Positions 8,868 to 19,064 of a DNA stretch of 64,000 nt are shown piece after piece. Under the pieces are notes generated by a model. The model ran no database searches, was not told where the DNA came from, and saw only the letters and a list, made by a program, of their open reading frames with translations. The stretch is from positions 166,037 through 230,036 of IMG/VR virus record IMGVR_UViG_3300001460_000004; one strand, 5' to 3'. Position 1 is the first letter of the stretch, and each line of letters begins with the position of its first letter. The position numbers and the translations under genes were made by a program.

Positions 8868-9571
8868 TGAAAAAAATTGTAAGTTTTGGAGATAGCTATG
8901 TTTGGGGCGATGAATTAATTGATCCTAAATTAGCAACACAACCTGATGCACATCCAGTGTTGATTGAAAATACCAAATACAGAGAACAAAACTGTTATAC
9001 GGGTTTGTTGGCCAACAGCTATGGTATTCCATACGAAAACTTTGGAATACCAGGTGGAAGTTTACAAAGCACAGTTTGGACATATCTTTGGTGGCTTGAT
9101 AATGAAAAACTACCCATTGAAGATTGTTTAGTTCTAGTTGGACTTACTGAACCTGGTAGGCACAGTTTTTATAATCCAAAGCATCGTGTGTATCCAAATG
9201 ATACAGATTGGAATCGTTTTGTACACAGTAGCTGGATACATAGTAACAATAGCAGTGACAATGAACAGTGGCATGAACTTGTTAAGTTACACACAGTATT
9301 GACAGATTGTCAAGCGTTAAGAGATCTAACACTACATACCACTCAATTGTTTTTTGAAAACACACAACATTCACATCCTGTGGTACAATTTTTTACATTG
9401 AATCACACAGCTACTAAACCATACTCCACATTGTGGAATTCTACACAAAGCCTACGTGACTTAACCCTGTCACCAAAATTACAAAAACCAAATGGTCATC
9501 CCAACGAAATTGGACATAAAATTATAAAAGAAGTCTTGCAAGAATACATATACCGTGCTATACTAAGTTAA
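8867..9571 (+). CDS. SGNH/GDSL-like protein
   Basis: FGDSY, NFGIPGGS, PNGHPN. Confidence 0.65.
   Translation: MKKIVSFGDSYVWGDELIDPKLATQPDAHPVLIENTKYREQNCYTGLLANSYGIPYENFGIPGGSLQSTVWTYLWWLDNEKLPIEDCLVLVGLTEPGRHSFYNPKHRVYPNDTDWNRFVHSSWIHSNNSSDNEQWHELVKLHTVLTDCQALRDLTLHTTQLFFENTQHSHPVVQFFTLNHTATKPYSTLWNSTQSLRDLTLSPKLQKPNGHPNEIGHKIIKEVLQEYIYRAILS
9536..9564 (+). promoter_or_regulatory. sigma70 promoter with extended -10; primase ATG 6 nt downstream (leaderless)
   Basis: TTGCAA-N17-TATACT with TGn; ATG at 9571; no SD. Confidence 0.7.
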
Positions 9572-10524
9572 TGTTAAATGCAATTGAATTATTTCCAACT
9601 GGTAAACAAACCAGTAGTGGCTGGTACAGCTACAATGCTCCTTGTTGTGTACACAATGGAGAAAATGCCGATCGACGCAAGCGTGGTGGACTAAAGCCAC
9701 GTGACAATGGTTGGAGTTATCATTGTTTTAATTGTGGATATACTGCTAGTTTTACAATTGGTAGACAAGTAAGTTTTAAAGCAAGACGCTTACTGTCCTG
9801 GTTTGGTGTTGATAGTTCTGATATTGATAGATTAAATTTAGAAAGTCTACGCCAACGCAGTTTATTGGATGCAATTGATCAACAACCCAAACGTAAAATA
9901 ACATTTGATTTTGCAGAAAAACAATTGCCAGATGGGTGCTCTAACCCAACAGAACAAACAAATGAATACATAATTAATCGTGGCATACATCAAGTGGGTT
10001 TTCCTTTTTTAAGTTATAAAAGAGGACCAAGACTTGGTATTGTAACTCCGTTTACGTACAACGACACGATAGTAGGAAGTAGTATACGTTTCCTAGATGA
10101 TCGTATACCTAAGTATATTAACGATAAACCACAAGGATATGTTTTTGGTATAGATTTGCAACGTAATAACTGGGAACATGTATTTGTAGTTGAAGGTGTA
10201 TTTGATGCGTTGTCAATACAAGGTGTTGCTGTGTTACATGACGATGTAAATGATGCACAAGCTGAACTCATCAACAATTTAAGACGTAGTGTAACAGTAA
10301 TACCTGACCAAGACAACGCAGGTGTAAAACTAATAGACCGTGCAGTTGAACTAGGTTGGGCTGTAAGTATACCAAAGTGGCCCAACAACGATATCAAAGA
10401 CGTAAATGACGCAGTTGTAAAATATGGAATGACAGCAACAATGATTTTTATAATGCAAGCACGTAATACAAGTAAAATTAAAATTGAATTAGCAAAAAAA
10501 GCATTGGTTAGGAAGTTAAAATGA
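9571..10524 (+). CDS. gp61: DNA primase (gp61-like)
   Basis: Zn ribbon CCVH...HCFNC; TOPRIM VVEGVFD and DQD. Confidence 0.9.
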   Translation: MLNAIELFPTGKQTSSGWYSYNAPCCVHNGENADRRKRGGLKPRDNGWSYHCFNCGYTASFTIGRQVSFKARRLLSWFGVDSSDIDRLNLESLRQRSLLDAIDQQPKRKITFDFAEKQLPDGCSNPTEQTNEYIINRGIHQVGFPFLSYKRGPRLGIVTPFTYNDTIVGSSIRFLDDRIPKYINDKPQGYVFGIDLQRNNWEHVFVVEGVFDALSIQGVAVLHDDVNDAQAELINNLRRSVTVIPDQDNAGVKLIDRAVELGWAVSIPKWPNNDIKDVNDAVVKYGMTATMIFIMQARNTSKIKIELAKKALVRKLK

Positions 10525-10552
10525 TAAACAACTGTACGCAGGAGAACACTTA

Positions 10553-11941
10553 ATGCTTAAAGAATACAATCTCGATGTACAGAAATTGTTTTTAGAAATG
10601 ATGTTAGAAGATGCACAAAGTTATGTGCGTATTCAAAACATATTCAATCCAGAAAACTTTGATCGAAGCTTGATCGAAGTAGCTAAGTTCATTAAAGATC
10701 ATTGTGATGATTACAAAACAATGCCAGAGATAGCTCAGATAAACTCCAGCACTGGCGTGACACTAAGTCCAGTACCTGATCTCAACAGTGGACACTTTGA
10801 ATGGTTTATGACCGAGTTTGAAAACTTTACTAAAAGACAAGAACTTGAACGAGCAATACTAAAAGCTGCAGACTTATTAGAAAAAGGTACGTATGAGCCA
10901 GTTGAAAAACTTATCAAAGATGCAGTACAAATAAGTTTGACACGTGATTTAGGAATAAATTATTTTGATGATCCACGTGCCAGGCTAACTGCTTTAAAAA
11001 ACAACAATGGTCAAAACAGCACAGGCTGGAAAGCACTTGATAAAATGTTGTATGGTGGGTTTAACAGAGGCGAACTACAAATATTTGCAGGCGGATCGGG
11101 CTCGGGCAAGAGTTTGGTTATGCAAAATTTAGCAGTTAACTGGATACAAGCAGGACTCAATGGTGTGTACATTACACTAGAATTAAGTGAAGGCTTAACT
11201 GCAATGCGTGTTGATAGCATGTTAACGGGCACCAGTAGCAAAGACATTTTTCGAGAGTTAGATAATGTTGAAATGAAAATTAAAATGGCTGGCAAAGCAA
11301 GTGGGCAACTACAAGTCAAGTACATGCCAGCACAAAGCAATGTAAATGACATTAGGGCGTATTTAAAAGAATTAGAAATACAAAGTGGTTACAAAACAGA
11401 CTTTTTGTTAGTTGACTATCTAGACTTATTGATGCCGGTTAGTGCAAAAGTTAGCCCAAATGATCAATTTATTAAAGACAAGTATGTAAGCGAAGAACTA
11501 CGCAATTTAGCAAAAGAGTTAAATGTATTGTTTGTAACAGCATCGCAATTAAATCGTAGTGCAGTTGAAGAAATTGAATTCGACCACAGTCATATTGCTG
11601 GTGGTATTAGTAAAATTAATACAGCAGATAATGTGTTTGGTATATTTACTAGCAGGGCAATGCGTGAACGTGGGCGATATCAGATACAAGCAATGAAAAC
11701 ACGTAGTAGTAGTGGAGTTGGACAAAAAATTGATTTAGATTTTGATATAGCTAGTTTAAGAATTATGGATTGCGATGAAGATGCACAGCAAAGCAGTAGC
11801 GGGCATGGTAACATATACGAAAGCATTAAAGCAACAACAAATGTTAACGACACAAGTAGTCCAGTTACCGAAACTCGAAAAGTTGAAGCAGATGTGCAAA
11901 GTAGTAAACTTAAAGGCTTGCTAGCATCAATGAAATCATGA
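10553..11941 (+). CDS. gp41: Replicative DNA helicase (gp41/DnaB-like)
   Basis: GGSGSGKS Walker A, YITLEL, VDYLDL, TASQLNR. Confidence 0.92.
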   Translation: MLKEYNLDVQKLFLEMMLEDAQSYVRIQNIFNPENFDRSLIEVAKFIKDHCDDYKTMPEIAQINSSTGVTLSPVPDLNSGHFEWFMTEFENFTKRQELERAILKAADLLEKGTYEPVEKLIKDAVQISLTRDLGINYFDDPRARLTALKNNNGQNSTGWKALDKMLYGGFNRGELQIFAGGSGSGKSLVMQNLAVNWIQAGLNGVYITLELSEGLTAMRVDSMLTGTSSKDIFRELDNVEMKIKMAGKASGQLQVKYMPAQSNVNDIRAYLKELEIQSGYKTDFLLVDYLDLLMPVSAKVSPNDQFIKDKYVSEELRNLAKELNVLFVTASQLNRSAVEEIEFDHSHIAGGISKINTADNVFGIFTSRAMRERGRYQIQAMKTRSSSGVGQKIDLDFDIASLRIMDCDEDAQQSSSGHGNIYESIKATTNVNDTSSPVTETRKVEADVQSSKLKGLLASMKS

Positions 11942-12795
11942 TATTACCTAAGTTAGTTATTCCCAGTAGAATTAATCAACATTGGATAGAGAGTGGAATG
12001 GACTCGTACGATCTCTGTGTTGACAAAAAACATTTTAAAAAATACCCACACACTGTAAAATATTATTACAACAGCCGTGGTTTTCGTGACCGTGAATGGC
12101 CTAACTCAGTAGATGATTGCATATGGTGTGTTGGTGATAGTTTTACAGTAGGGTTAGGGGTACCACATGAACACAGCTGGAGTTATATACTAGGGGAACG
12201 TTTGAATAAACGCACAATAAATGTTAGCATGGATGGTGCTAGCAACACATGGATACGCAGGCAAGCTGTACAAATACTAGAACTACAACCCAAGTTACTA
12301 ATACTACAATGGAGTTACATCACTAGACGAGAAGCAACTATGGATCAATTGTGGCAAAAGTTCTACGATAGTGTGAGAGATCCAAGTTGGCCAGAATGTA
12401 AAACCTATGCACAAATTTCAGAGTTACCCGAGTGGATAAGAACTGAACTTGAAACAGTGCATAACTGTAGCAATGTTATGGAAAACATCGACGATACTAA
12501 TAAGCGTCTACGTTATACTCATACCAGCGACGAACAAGACAAAGAACATTTATACGATCAAATTACACAAGTTGAAAGTGCAGTAGATTCAACTTTATTA
12601 ATACATAGTTTTGTGCCTCATTTTAGTCCAAATGGATATGCTGTTCCCATTCCTAAAAGTATACAACCAAGACATATACCTGAAATAACTAAATTAGATC
12701 TTGCTCGGGACGGTCATCACTATGATCGGTTAACTGCTGAACATTTTGTTGATCAGTTGGAGAATTTAATAACTGAGAACAGTGCCATTTCCTAA
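11938..12795 (+). CDS. SGNH-like protein with an inserted DPxWPxC module
   Basis: VGDSF, NVSMDGASN, DGHHY. Confidence 0.65.
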   Translation: MILPKLVIPSRINQHWIESGMDSYDLCVDKKHFKKYPHTVKYYYNSRGFRDREWPNSVDDCIWCVGDSFTVGLGVPHEHSWSYILGERLNKRTINVSMDGASNTWIRRQAVQILELQPKLLILQWSYITRREATMDQLWQKFYDSVRDPSWPECKTYAQISELPEWIRTELETVHNCSNVMENIDDTNKRLRYTHTSDEQDKEHLYDQITQVESAVDSTLLIHSFVPHFSPNGYAVPIPKSIQPRHIPEITKLDLARDGHHYDRLTAEHFVDQLENLITENSAIS

Positions 12796-13900
12796 GTTCT
12801 TCGGATTCTTTTACAGCACTATCATCGCTGTTGTATGGCTTACCTATCCCGTTTTCTGCAACCCATTCGTTATACCAACCAGCAACTTCATCAAAGTTTT
12901 TAATCATTAATTTTTTTTCAGCCATAGTTTGTAATTTTATAGGCATTCCGGTTACTAATGCACCACGATCGGTTAGCTCTTTGATTGCTAGAAAACTTTT
13001 GGTGTATGCTTTGCTATTGTTTAACAAGTACTGTTGATCAGTATTGCTTAAACTTTGAATAATACCATTACGAGTGCTAGTATCATCTGGCACACTTAAT
13101 TGAAAGTTTGGTTTGTTACTTTTATCTTCTAACAGCAATGTTGGTTCTACTTGTTTACTAAGTCCACTTATATCTCCCAGCAAGTAATGACATCGATTCC
13201 AGTCTTCAAATTCAATGCCAAATATATCATTCCAGTTACGTTTTTCTTGATGATTAAAGCAAGGTAATTCTAAACAAAATTCTTCAGCTCGAGGCATGTC
13301 TTGCTCGTAAACAAAGTAACTACCAACAGTAAAATATTGATCTACCCACTCTAAGTATTTTGCATAGTCTTGAAGATATTTTATTAAACTCATGCGAGGA
13401 ACTTTAATTTTTATACTGTAAAGGTCTTCGTAGTAATCTGCTTTATCTAATGGGTTGTAAACATTAAGTTTGTCACTGCGGGTTACAATAACCCAACTTA
13501 GTGCATGTTCAAACAAATTTTCTCTTTGGGCACTAATAATATAAAAATGTTCATTTAGATATTTGTAAAATTCAACTTGTTGTGCAATTGGGTCATTGCG
13601 ATTGCGAATATGATATTGTGCTAATCTGCTAGTTTTATAATGATCTACACTGCTTAGTAAATCTGTTATTTCGCTAAGTGTTTGATGATATCCTCTAGGT
13701 TGGTCAATTCTTTCTGGCTTTCCAAGAATTTCACTATTGTATTCTGGGCTAAAGTATCGTATAATACCATTAGTAAGTTCGTGTAAGTTTATTACTGGAC
13801 GATCGTATTTGTGTGCATTCATTAAAATAGTCAGTAATCTTTGCAAAAAAGTACTGCCAACTCGATCTGGAGTTAATATTAATACATTGTTATGGTTCAT
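12689..13900 (-). CDS. Sulfotransferase-like protein
   Basis: N-terminal TPDRVGSTFL resembles the PAPS 5'-phosphosulfate loop; 403 aa. Confidence 0.5.
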   Translation of the reverse strand: MNHNNVLILTPDRVGSTFLQRLLTILMNAHKYDRPVINLHELTNGIIRYFSPEYNSEILGKPERIDQPRGYHQTLSEITDLLSSVDHYKTSRLAQYHIRNRNDPIAQQVEFYKYLNEHFYIISAQRENLFEHALSWVIVTRSDKLNVYNPLDKADYYEDLYSIKIKVPRMSLIKYLQDYAKYLEWVDQYFTVGSYFVYEQDMPRAEEFCLELPCFNHQEKRNWNDIFGIEFEDWNRCHYLLGDISGLSKQVEPTLLLEDKSNKPNFQLSVPDDTSTRNGIIQSLSNTDQQYLLNNSKAYTKSFLAIKELTDRGALVTGMPIKLQTMAEKKLMIKNFDEVAGWYNEWVAENGIGKPYNSDDSAVKESEELRKWHCSQLLNSPTDQQNVQQLTDHSDDRPEQDLI

Positions 13901-13905
13901 GATAA

Positions 13906-13913
13906 TATTTATA
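13906..13913 (-). promoter_or_regulatory. Full T4 late consensus TATAAATA, 5 nt before ATG 13900
   Basis: Plus-strand TATTTATA. Confidence 0.75.
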
Positions 13914-13950
13914 ACTACCCTAACTGCCCCAGGCTATAAGTAACACTGCA

Positions 13951-15213
13951 ATGAGCAAACTATTCCCTGGAAAAGAAATATTCCCTGTTAACTCGCCAAC
14001 TGCTTGTATGTTAAAATGGAGTTGGAGTACAATAAACCTGCAGGATGCATACACTAGTAGTTGTCACCGGGTAGAAGGTGAATATTTTGATATTGAACAA
14101 TTTGATAATTTTCATAACTTACCTGAGAAAATCCTTGCAAGAGAAAAAATGCAACAAGGTATTTGGCCAGGCAAAGGATGCGAGTATTGCGAACGTGTTG
14201 AATGTGCCGGCGGCATCAGTGACAGGACAATGACACTAGAAAGGCAACACACCCGAGATAAAATACCACCTGAGTTGCATGACAACCCCAATGCCACACA
14301 TGTAACACCTACAATACTCGAAGTGTACTTTAATAATACGTGTAATATGAGTTGTGTGTATTGTGCACCAAGTGTAAGTAGTCAAATAAATGCAGAAGTT
14401 ACAAAGAATGGTGGTTTCAGTGTAGGTAACATGCATGTTGAACCTTTTGTTACTAACAACACAAGGCAAAAACTATTAGTAGAAAAACTTTGGAAGTATC
14501 TAAGTACTAACAATCGATATCAACACATACGGCACTTTAATATATTGGGTGGTGAACCATTATTACAACAAGAGTTTGATCAGTGCATACAATTTTGGAA
14601 TGACCATCCCAATCCTAGTTTAACTATTAATTTAGTGAGCAATTTAAACTTTGATCCTAAATTTTTTAAAAACAGAATAAACCAACTGCGCCAGTTAGTT
14701 GATGAATATAAAATATTTCAAGTTGAAATTACTGCAAGTTTAGATTGTTTAGGACCAGAGCAAGAATATGTTCGCCGTGGACTAAAACTACAAGACTATT
14801 GGGTACCAAACTTTGAATTTTTATTACAACAAGATTGGATCAAACCCAGTGTACACAGTTGTATAAGTAGTCTCACAATTAAAACATTTGATCAATTAGT
14901 CAACAAACTTAACAGTTGGAACCACCAATACAATACTACAATAGATCATTCGTTTGATGTAGTAGTGGGGAAAAGTTGGCAAGAAATTGCTATGCATCCT
15001 ATGTTTTTTGGACCTGGCGTATTTGACGAAGATTTTGATCGAATAATTCAAGCTATGCCACAAGGACACAGTCGACAACACATGCAAGGAATTGCTGATA
15101 GTATTCAAGCCGCCCAACGTGATGAAGTTAAAATAAACCAGTTAAAACAGTATTTACGGATACTAGACACTAGAAGAAATACAGATTATACAGAATTATT
15201 TCCTTGGCTTTAG
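13951..15213 (+). CDS. Radical SAM protein with N-terminal twitch-like Cys domain
   Basis: CNMSCVYC, GGEPLL, N-terminal C...SCH...C..C. Confidence 0.88.
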   Translation: MSKLFPGKEIFPVNSPTACMLKWSWSTINLQDAYTSSCHRVEGEYFDIEQFDNFHNLPEKILAREKMQQGIWPGKGCEYCERVECAGGISDRTMTLERQHTRDKIPPELHDNPNATHVTPTILEVYFNNTCNMSCVYCAPSVSSQINAEVTKNGGFSVGNMHVEPFVTNNTRQKLLVEKLWKYLSTNNRYQHIRHFNILGGEPLLQQEFDQCIQFWNDHPNPSLTINLVSNLNFDPKFFKNRINQLRQLVDEYKIFQVEITASLDCLGPEQEYVRRGLKLQDYWVPNFEFLLQQDWIKPSVHSCISSLTIKTFDQLVNKLNSWNHQYNTTIDHSFDVVVGKSWQEIAMHPMFFGPGVFDEDFDRIIQAMPQGHSRQHMQGIADSIQAAQRDEVKINQLKQYLRILDTRRNTDYTELFPWL

Positions 15214-15227
15214 AAGTCATATTACAA

Positions 15228-15233
15228 TAAATA
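15228..15233 (+). promoter_or_regulatory. Late promoter TAAATA
   Basis: Intergenic; followed by SD GAGG and ATG 15258. Confidence 0.55.
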
Positions 15234-15257
15234 CATTTAGACAAAAGAGGTAGTGAC

Positions 15258-15515
15258 ATGCAGAGAAAGACTAAAAGCATACTTGAAGAATTAGATAGTA
15301 TCTATAAAGATAAGTATGCCAATATTGACCGCCAACAAACTATTAACAATAGGGCAAATCATGTTATTGCTAGTGCAATTCGTCTTTTAGAAGATTTTGA
15401 AACTCATTATAATGATGAAGATGCTCAAAAATTGCAACGCAAATTGCTCAATGCTATTCGGACCAAAGAACAAACTAAATTTACAAACACAATGAGACGA
15501 GTAAATGTCAAGTAA
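15258..15515 (+). CDS. Hypothetical protein
   Basis: 85-aa ORF with SD. Confidence 0.7.
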   Translation: MQRKTKSILEELDSIYKDKYANIDRQQTINNRANHVIASAIRLLEDFETHYNDEDAQKLQRKLLNAIRTKEQTKFTNTMRRVNVK

Positions 15516-17418
15516 TATTCTTTTAACTGAAGGCGGTAATGTTTTTAAAGACCCTGAGGGCAATATTAAAACTCAGCGTATACAGCTTGCCGACATTGCC
15601 CCCACCATTAAATGGTTAGAAAACTTAACTGGATTACCATTAAGTGTTAACATGTTGGGAAGTACCGGGCAAAAACCTTCTAGTGGTGATTTAGATTTAG
15701 CAGTTGATATTAACAAAGTCAGCAAAGAAGAACTTGACAAGACTCTTACAGATTGGCTTGTAAAGTCTGGCGTTGCTCCAGAAGATGTACATAAAAAACC
15801 CAATGGCTGGGTTATAAAGACTGGCATTAACGTACACTTCCTCACACCTATAGCCGGTAATCCTAAAAATGGTTATGTTCAAACTGATTTTATGTTTTTG
15901 CGTAAACCTGACTGGAGTAAGTTTATACTAACACAGGATCCCAACAGCGAATACAAAGGCGCAAGTCGTAATGTATTGTTAAACAGTATGGCTAAGAGCA
16001 TGGGGTTGAAACTAAATCAAAATGATGGAATTATGTCACGTGAAGATAATAGACTTATTAGTGATGATCCAGATGTTGTTGCAGAACTGTTACTAGGTAA
16101 GCCATACACTGCTCAAGACTTGATGAGTGTTGAAAAAATAATGAAAGCTCTCCAGAGTAATGGTAATCGAGACGCACTTATTGCTGATTGGCTAGCACAT
16201 ATGGAACGTCAAGGTACTCCATATCAAGGTGAAGTAAACGAAGATAACGAAGTAAGTTTAATGGCTAGGTTGCGTGATAGAATTATCAATCAAGGCATGA
16301 GTGTTATTACCGAAAACCCATATAATTTATATGTATTAAAAGAAGGAGCACGTATTGCACATCCTGAGGATCTAATATTTGACTTAGGTGCTGCAGGAGC
16401 AAACGATGCAATGCGGCAATTACAAGCTACTAGCGATAGTCCTACTAGTGCTACAGTTAAATGGGACGGAAAACCTGCAATTATTTTTGGTAGAGACGAA
16501 ACTGGGCAGTTTATACTCACTGATAAGAGTGCATTTGTGGCAACTAAATATGATGGTATAGCAAAATCACCCAAACAGTTAGCACAAATAATGAATATGA
16601 GAAAAGGTGACAGGACTGATTTAAATAAAATGTATGCTAGTATATGGCCAAAAGTAGAAGCTAGTTTACCTCAAAACTTTAGAGGATTTGTAATGGCTGA
16701 CTTGCTATACAGTAATACACCTCCTTTAAAAAATGGAAATTATATTTTTAAACCCAATACTGTAACTTACAGTGTAAATGCAAATAGCGAATTGGGCAAA
16801 CGTATTGCTGACAGTAGTGTAGGATTAGCAGTACACACTTACAAAAAAGGACCAGGTGACAGCGGAAGTCCTATACAAAGTTTAGATATAAATCCAGGTA
16901 CAGGTGTTACCATATTTGGTAGCAAAGATGAAGGTATACAAAGTGCAAAATTAAATAGTGCATTATACAAACAAACAGCCGGCATGATAAAACAACATAC
17001 TTCTGGTATCAACACACTGTTTGCACCAGAGAATTTGAGAAGTAATAAAATAAGCAACTTACCCGAGCTTATGAAACAGTATGTTAATCACAGAGTACGC
17101 AGTGGGGGATTTAAAAACTTGCTCACAGATTTTGCCCCTTGGGTGCGAGCTAAAGCACCGACTAAAAGCGAACGTATACTTAAATGGGCAAATGAAAACG
17201 AAGCTGCATTCGTAGCCGTATTTGAGATATTTTTAAAGATAACCCAACTCAAAAATGATTTAGTTGCACAGTTTGATAAACAAACAAAAGACGTACAAGC
17301 AAGCTATGATACTGGTGATCGTGGCCATGAAGGGTATGTAGCAAACGATTTAAAATTTGTAGATCGTTTTAAATTTAGTAGAGCAAACTTTGCACAAAAT
17401 AATCCTGACTTAACATGA
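15505..17418 (+). CDS. Two-domain putative internal head protein: Pol-beta-type nucleotidyltransferase plus ATP-dependent ligase-like domain
   Basis: LGSTG...SGDLD and QTDF; KWDG, EGYV and LKFV; LTE|G and LKE|G precede the two domains. Confidence 0.6.
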   Translation: MSSNILLTEGGNVFKDPEGNIKTQRIQLADIAPTIKWLENLTGLPLSVNMLGSTGQKPSSGDLDLAVDINKVSKEELDKTLTDWLVKSGVAPEDVHKKPNGWVIKTGINVHFLTPIAGNPKNGYVQTDFMFLRKPDWSKFILTQDPNSEYKGASRNVLLNSMAKSMGLKLNQNDGIMSREDNRLISDDPDVVAELLLGKPYTAQDLMSVEKIMKALQSNGNRDALIADWLAHMERQGTPYQGEVNEDNEVSLMARLRDRIINQGMSVITENPYNLYVLKEGARIAHPEDLIFDLGAAGANDAMRQLQATSDSPTSATVKWDGKPAIIFGRDETGQFILTDKSAFVATKYDGIAKSPKQLAQIMNMRKGDRTDLNKMYASIWPKVEASLPQNFRGFVMADLLYSNTPPLKNGNYIFKPNTVTYSVNANSELGKRIADSSVGLAVHTYKKGPGDSGSPIQSLDINPGTGVTIFGSKDEGIQSAKLNSALYKQTAGMIKQHTSGINTLFAPENLRSNKISNLPELMKQYVNHRVRSGGFKNLLTDFAPWVRAKAPTKSERILKWANENEAAFVAVFEIFLKITQLKNDLVAQFDKQTKDVQASYDTGDRGHEGYVANDLKFVDRFKFSRANFAQNNPDLT

Positions 17419-18029
17419 TACAATTAGACCGTAGCAGTCTTATTTTAACAACATATCGTACTGGAAGTACAGCCCTGTGTTCGCAACTGCAAGATAGTGG
17501 ATACCACAATCACGACGAAGCATTTACGTGGGGTAAAAATGCATTTGATTTTACAGAAGCTGTTAGGAATATTGATTACAAATTTGTTGTTAAAGTTATG
17601 CCTGATCAACTCAACGATAGCATTATTGCATATCTTAATAGGTTAATTAAAACAAATCATGTACAAGTAATTAGACTATATCGACGAGATATTGTTGCAC
17701 AAATTGCTAGCATTTATATTGCAAAAAAAACAAAAAATTGGCATGTTACTGATAGAGAAGATACAACTCAACAACAGATTGCAATTGATGATCGATTCTT
17801 AGCAGAAACAGTACACAACATGTTATCAATGTCATATAACTTAACACAATTGCCTATAGGTATTGATACACAATTAGTTTATGAAGATTTAGATTTATCT
17901 AACAGTCAGTACAAAGTAAATCCAAAACCCAATAACTACAATACAATATTAGATAAAATTCAAACAATTATACATAATAATACAGATTTAACCAATCAAT
18001 ACAGTACATTTTACAGTTGGTATGAATAA
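17415..18029 (+). CDS. Sulfotransferase-like protein (Stf0-like)
   Basis: TTYRTGSTAL, LYRRD..AQIAS, VYEDL. Confidence 0.6.
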   Translation: MIQLDRSSLILTTYRTGSTALCSQLQDSGYHNHDEAFTWGKNAFDFTEAVRNIDYKFVVKVMPDQLNDSIIAYLNRLIKTNHVQVIRLYRRDIVAQIASIYIAKKTKNWHVTDREDTTQQQIAIDDRFLAETVHNMLSMSYNLTQLPIGIDTQLVYEDLDLSNSQYKVNPKPNNYNTILDKIQTIIHNNTDLTNQYSTFYSWYE

Positions 18030-18046
18030 GTTTTGCTCAACTGGGC

Positions 18047-18052
18047 TAAATA
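18047..18052 (+). promoter_or_regulatory. Late promoter TAAATA followed by a short 5' hairpin (GGACT...AGTCC) and SD AGGAG
   Basis: Intergenic, upstream of 18099. Confidence 0.55.
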
Positions 18053-18098
18053 AAAGTAGGACTTAAATTAAAGAGTCCACAAACTTAGGAGAAATACA

Positions 18099-18566
18099 AT
18101 GGCAGTTTTTAACCCGTTTAACGGTGATGCACAACCGGTAATGAACACAGACGTTCATAACGGATCACAATCAGGTGCAATTTCATCAGCAGCATTGGTC
18201 CAAATGGACGGACCAAATCTAGACTTTTTTGGACTAACAGTTCAAAACAGTGGTAACACAGACCAAGACCTACGCAGTGAGCTAGGACTTTACAGTAGTG
18301 CAGTGTTTGATCCAGGCATTTTTGTACAAATTTTGCAAGCAATTCAAACTAAAGGCACAGTTGCTAAGTACCAAGTTGAAGCATCAGCTGGTGGAGAAGC
18401 ATCTTTTGCTGTATATCCACAAGGCGCATGGACACAAGCTACACTACAAGCAGCTATCCAGGCACTGGGTACAGTTACAGTAACTAAATCAGATGGCACA
18501 ACACGTACAGTTGACGTATCTGGTTCAGACGTAACTGACACAGGATTTAAACTAGCAGCAGCATAA
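18099..18566 (+). CDS. Putative virion structural protein
   Basis: A/G/T/S-rich; late promoter, strong SD and its own terminator. Confidence 0.6.
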   Translation: MAVFNPFNGDAQPVMNTDVHNGSQSGAISSAALVQMDGPNLDFFGLTVQNSGNTDQDLRSELGLYSSAVFDPGIFVQILQAIQTKGTVAKYQVEASAGGEASFAVYPQGAWTQATLQAAIQALGTVTVTKSDGTTRTVDVSGSDVTDTGFKLAAA

Positions 18567-18587
18567 GCTAGTAATTAACTAAACTTT

Positions 18588-18618
18588 AAAGGCTCAGTTT
18601 TTACTGGGCCTTTTTTTT
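18588..18618 (+). terminator. Rho-independent terminator
   Basis: AAAGGCTCAG-TTTTTA-CTGGGCC followed by T8. Confidence 0.85.
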
Positions 18619-18624
18619 GTGCGT

Positions 18625-18630
18625 TAAATA
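18625..18630 (+). promoter_or_regulatory. Late promoter TAAATA, 5 nt before ATG 18636
   Basis: TAAATA-CTGTT-ATG just after the terminator, no SD. Confidence 0.7.
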
Positions 18631-18635
18631 CTGTT

Positions 18636-19046
18636 ATGCATACTATCACACTTTATACACGTTTTGACATCACGTATACTGGAATCAGACAACATCATAG
18701 TAAACTGATACCGACTACAGATCGCAGCGGTTATGAAATTTCTACACTGTTACAATTTAATGTTAGTCGTAGTCAACAAAGTAATTGGGAAACAATTAAT
18801 CAACTTATAAGTTTACGTACATTACCGGATAACATCAAAGATCCAGTAGTGGACACAGTTGATGGTAAAAAAGTGTGGAGATTTAGCTTTGATGTATCAA
18901 ATCTTGATGCAATTGGCTCAGAAGACACTCCACTTAGTATGTTAATTGGCGATTGTAAAGGTACACCATTTATAACGGGACTTACAGAAGAGACTTCTGA
19001 TATTACTATCTCAGATAAAAACACTTGGTTTAAGATAAGTAATTGA
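18636..19046 (+). CDS. Conserved phage hypothetical protein
   Basis: 136-aa ORF. Confidence 0.7.
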   Translation: MHTITLYTRFDITYTGIRQHHSKLIPTTDRSGYEISTLLQFNVSRSQQSNWETINQLISLRTLPDNIKDPVVDTVDGKKVWRFSFDVSNLDAIGSEDTPLSMLIGDCKGTPFITGLTEETSDITISDKNTWFKISN

Positions 19047-19064
19047 ATACTATGGAGCTATAAA

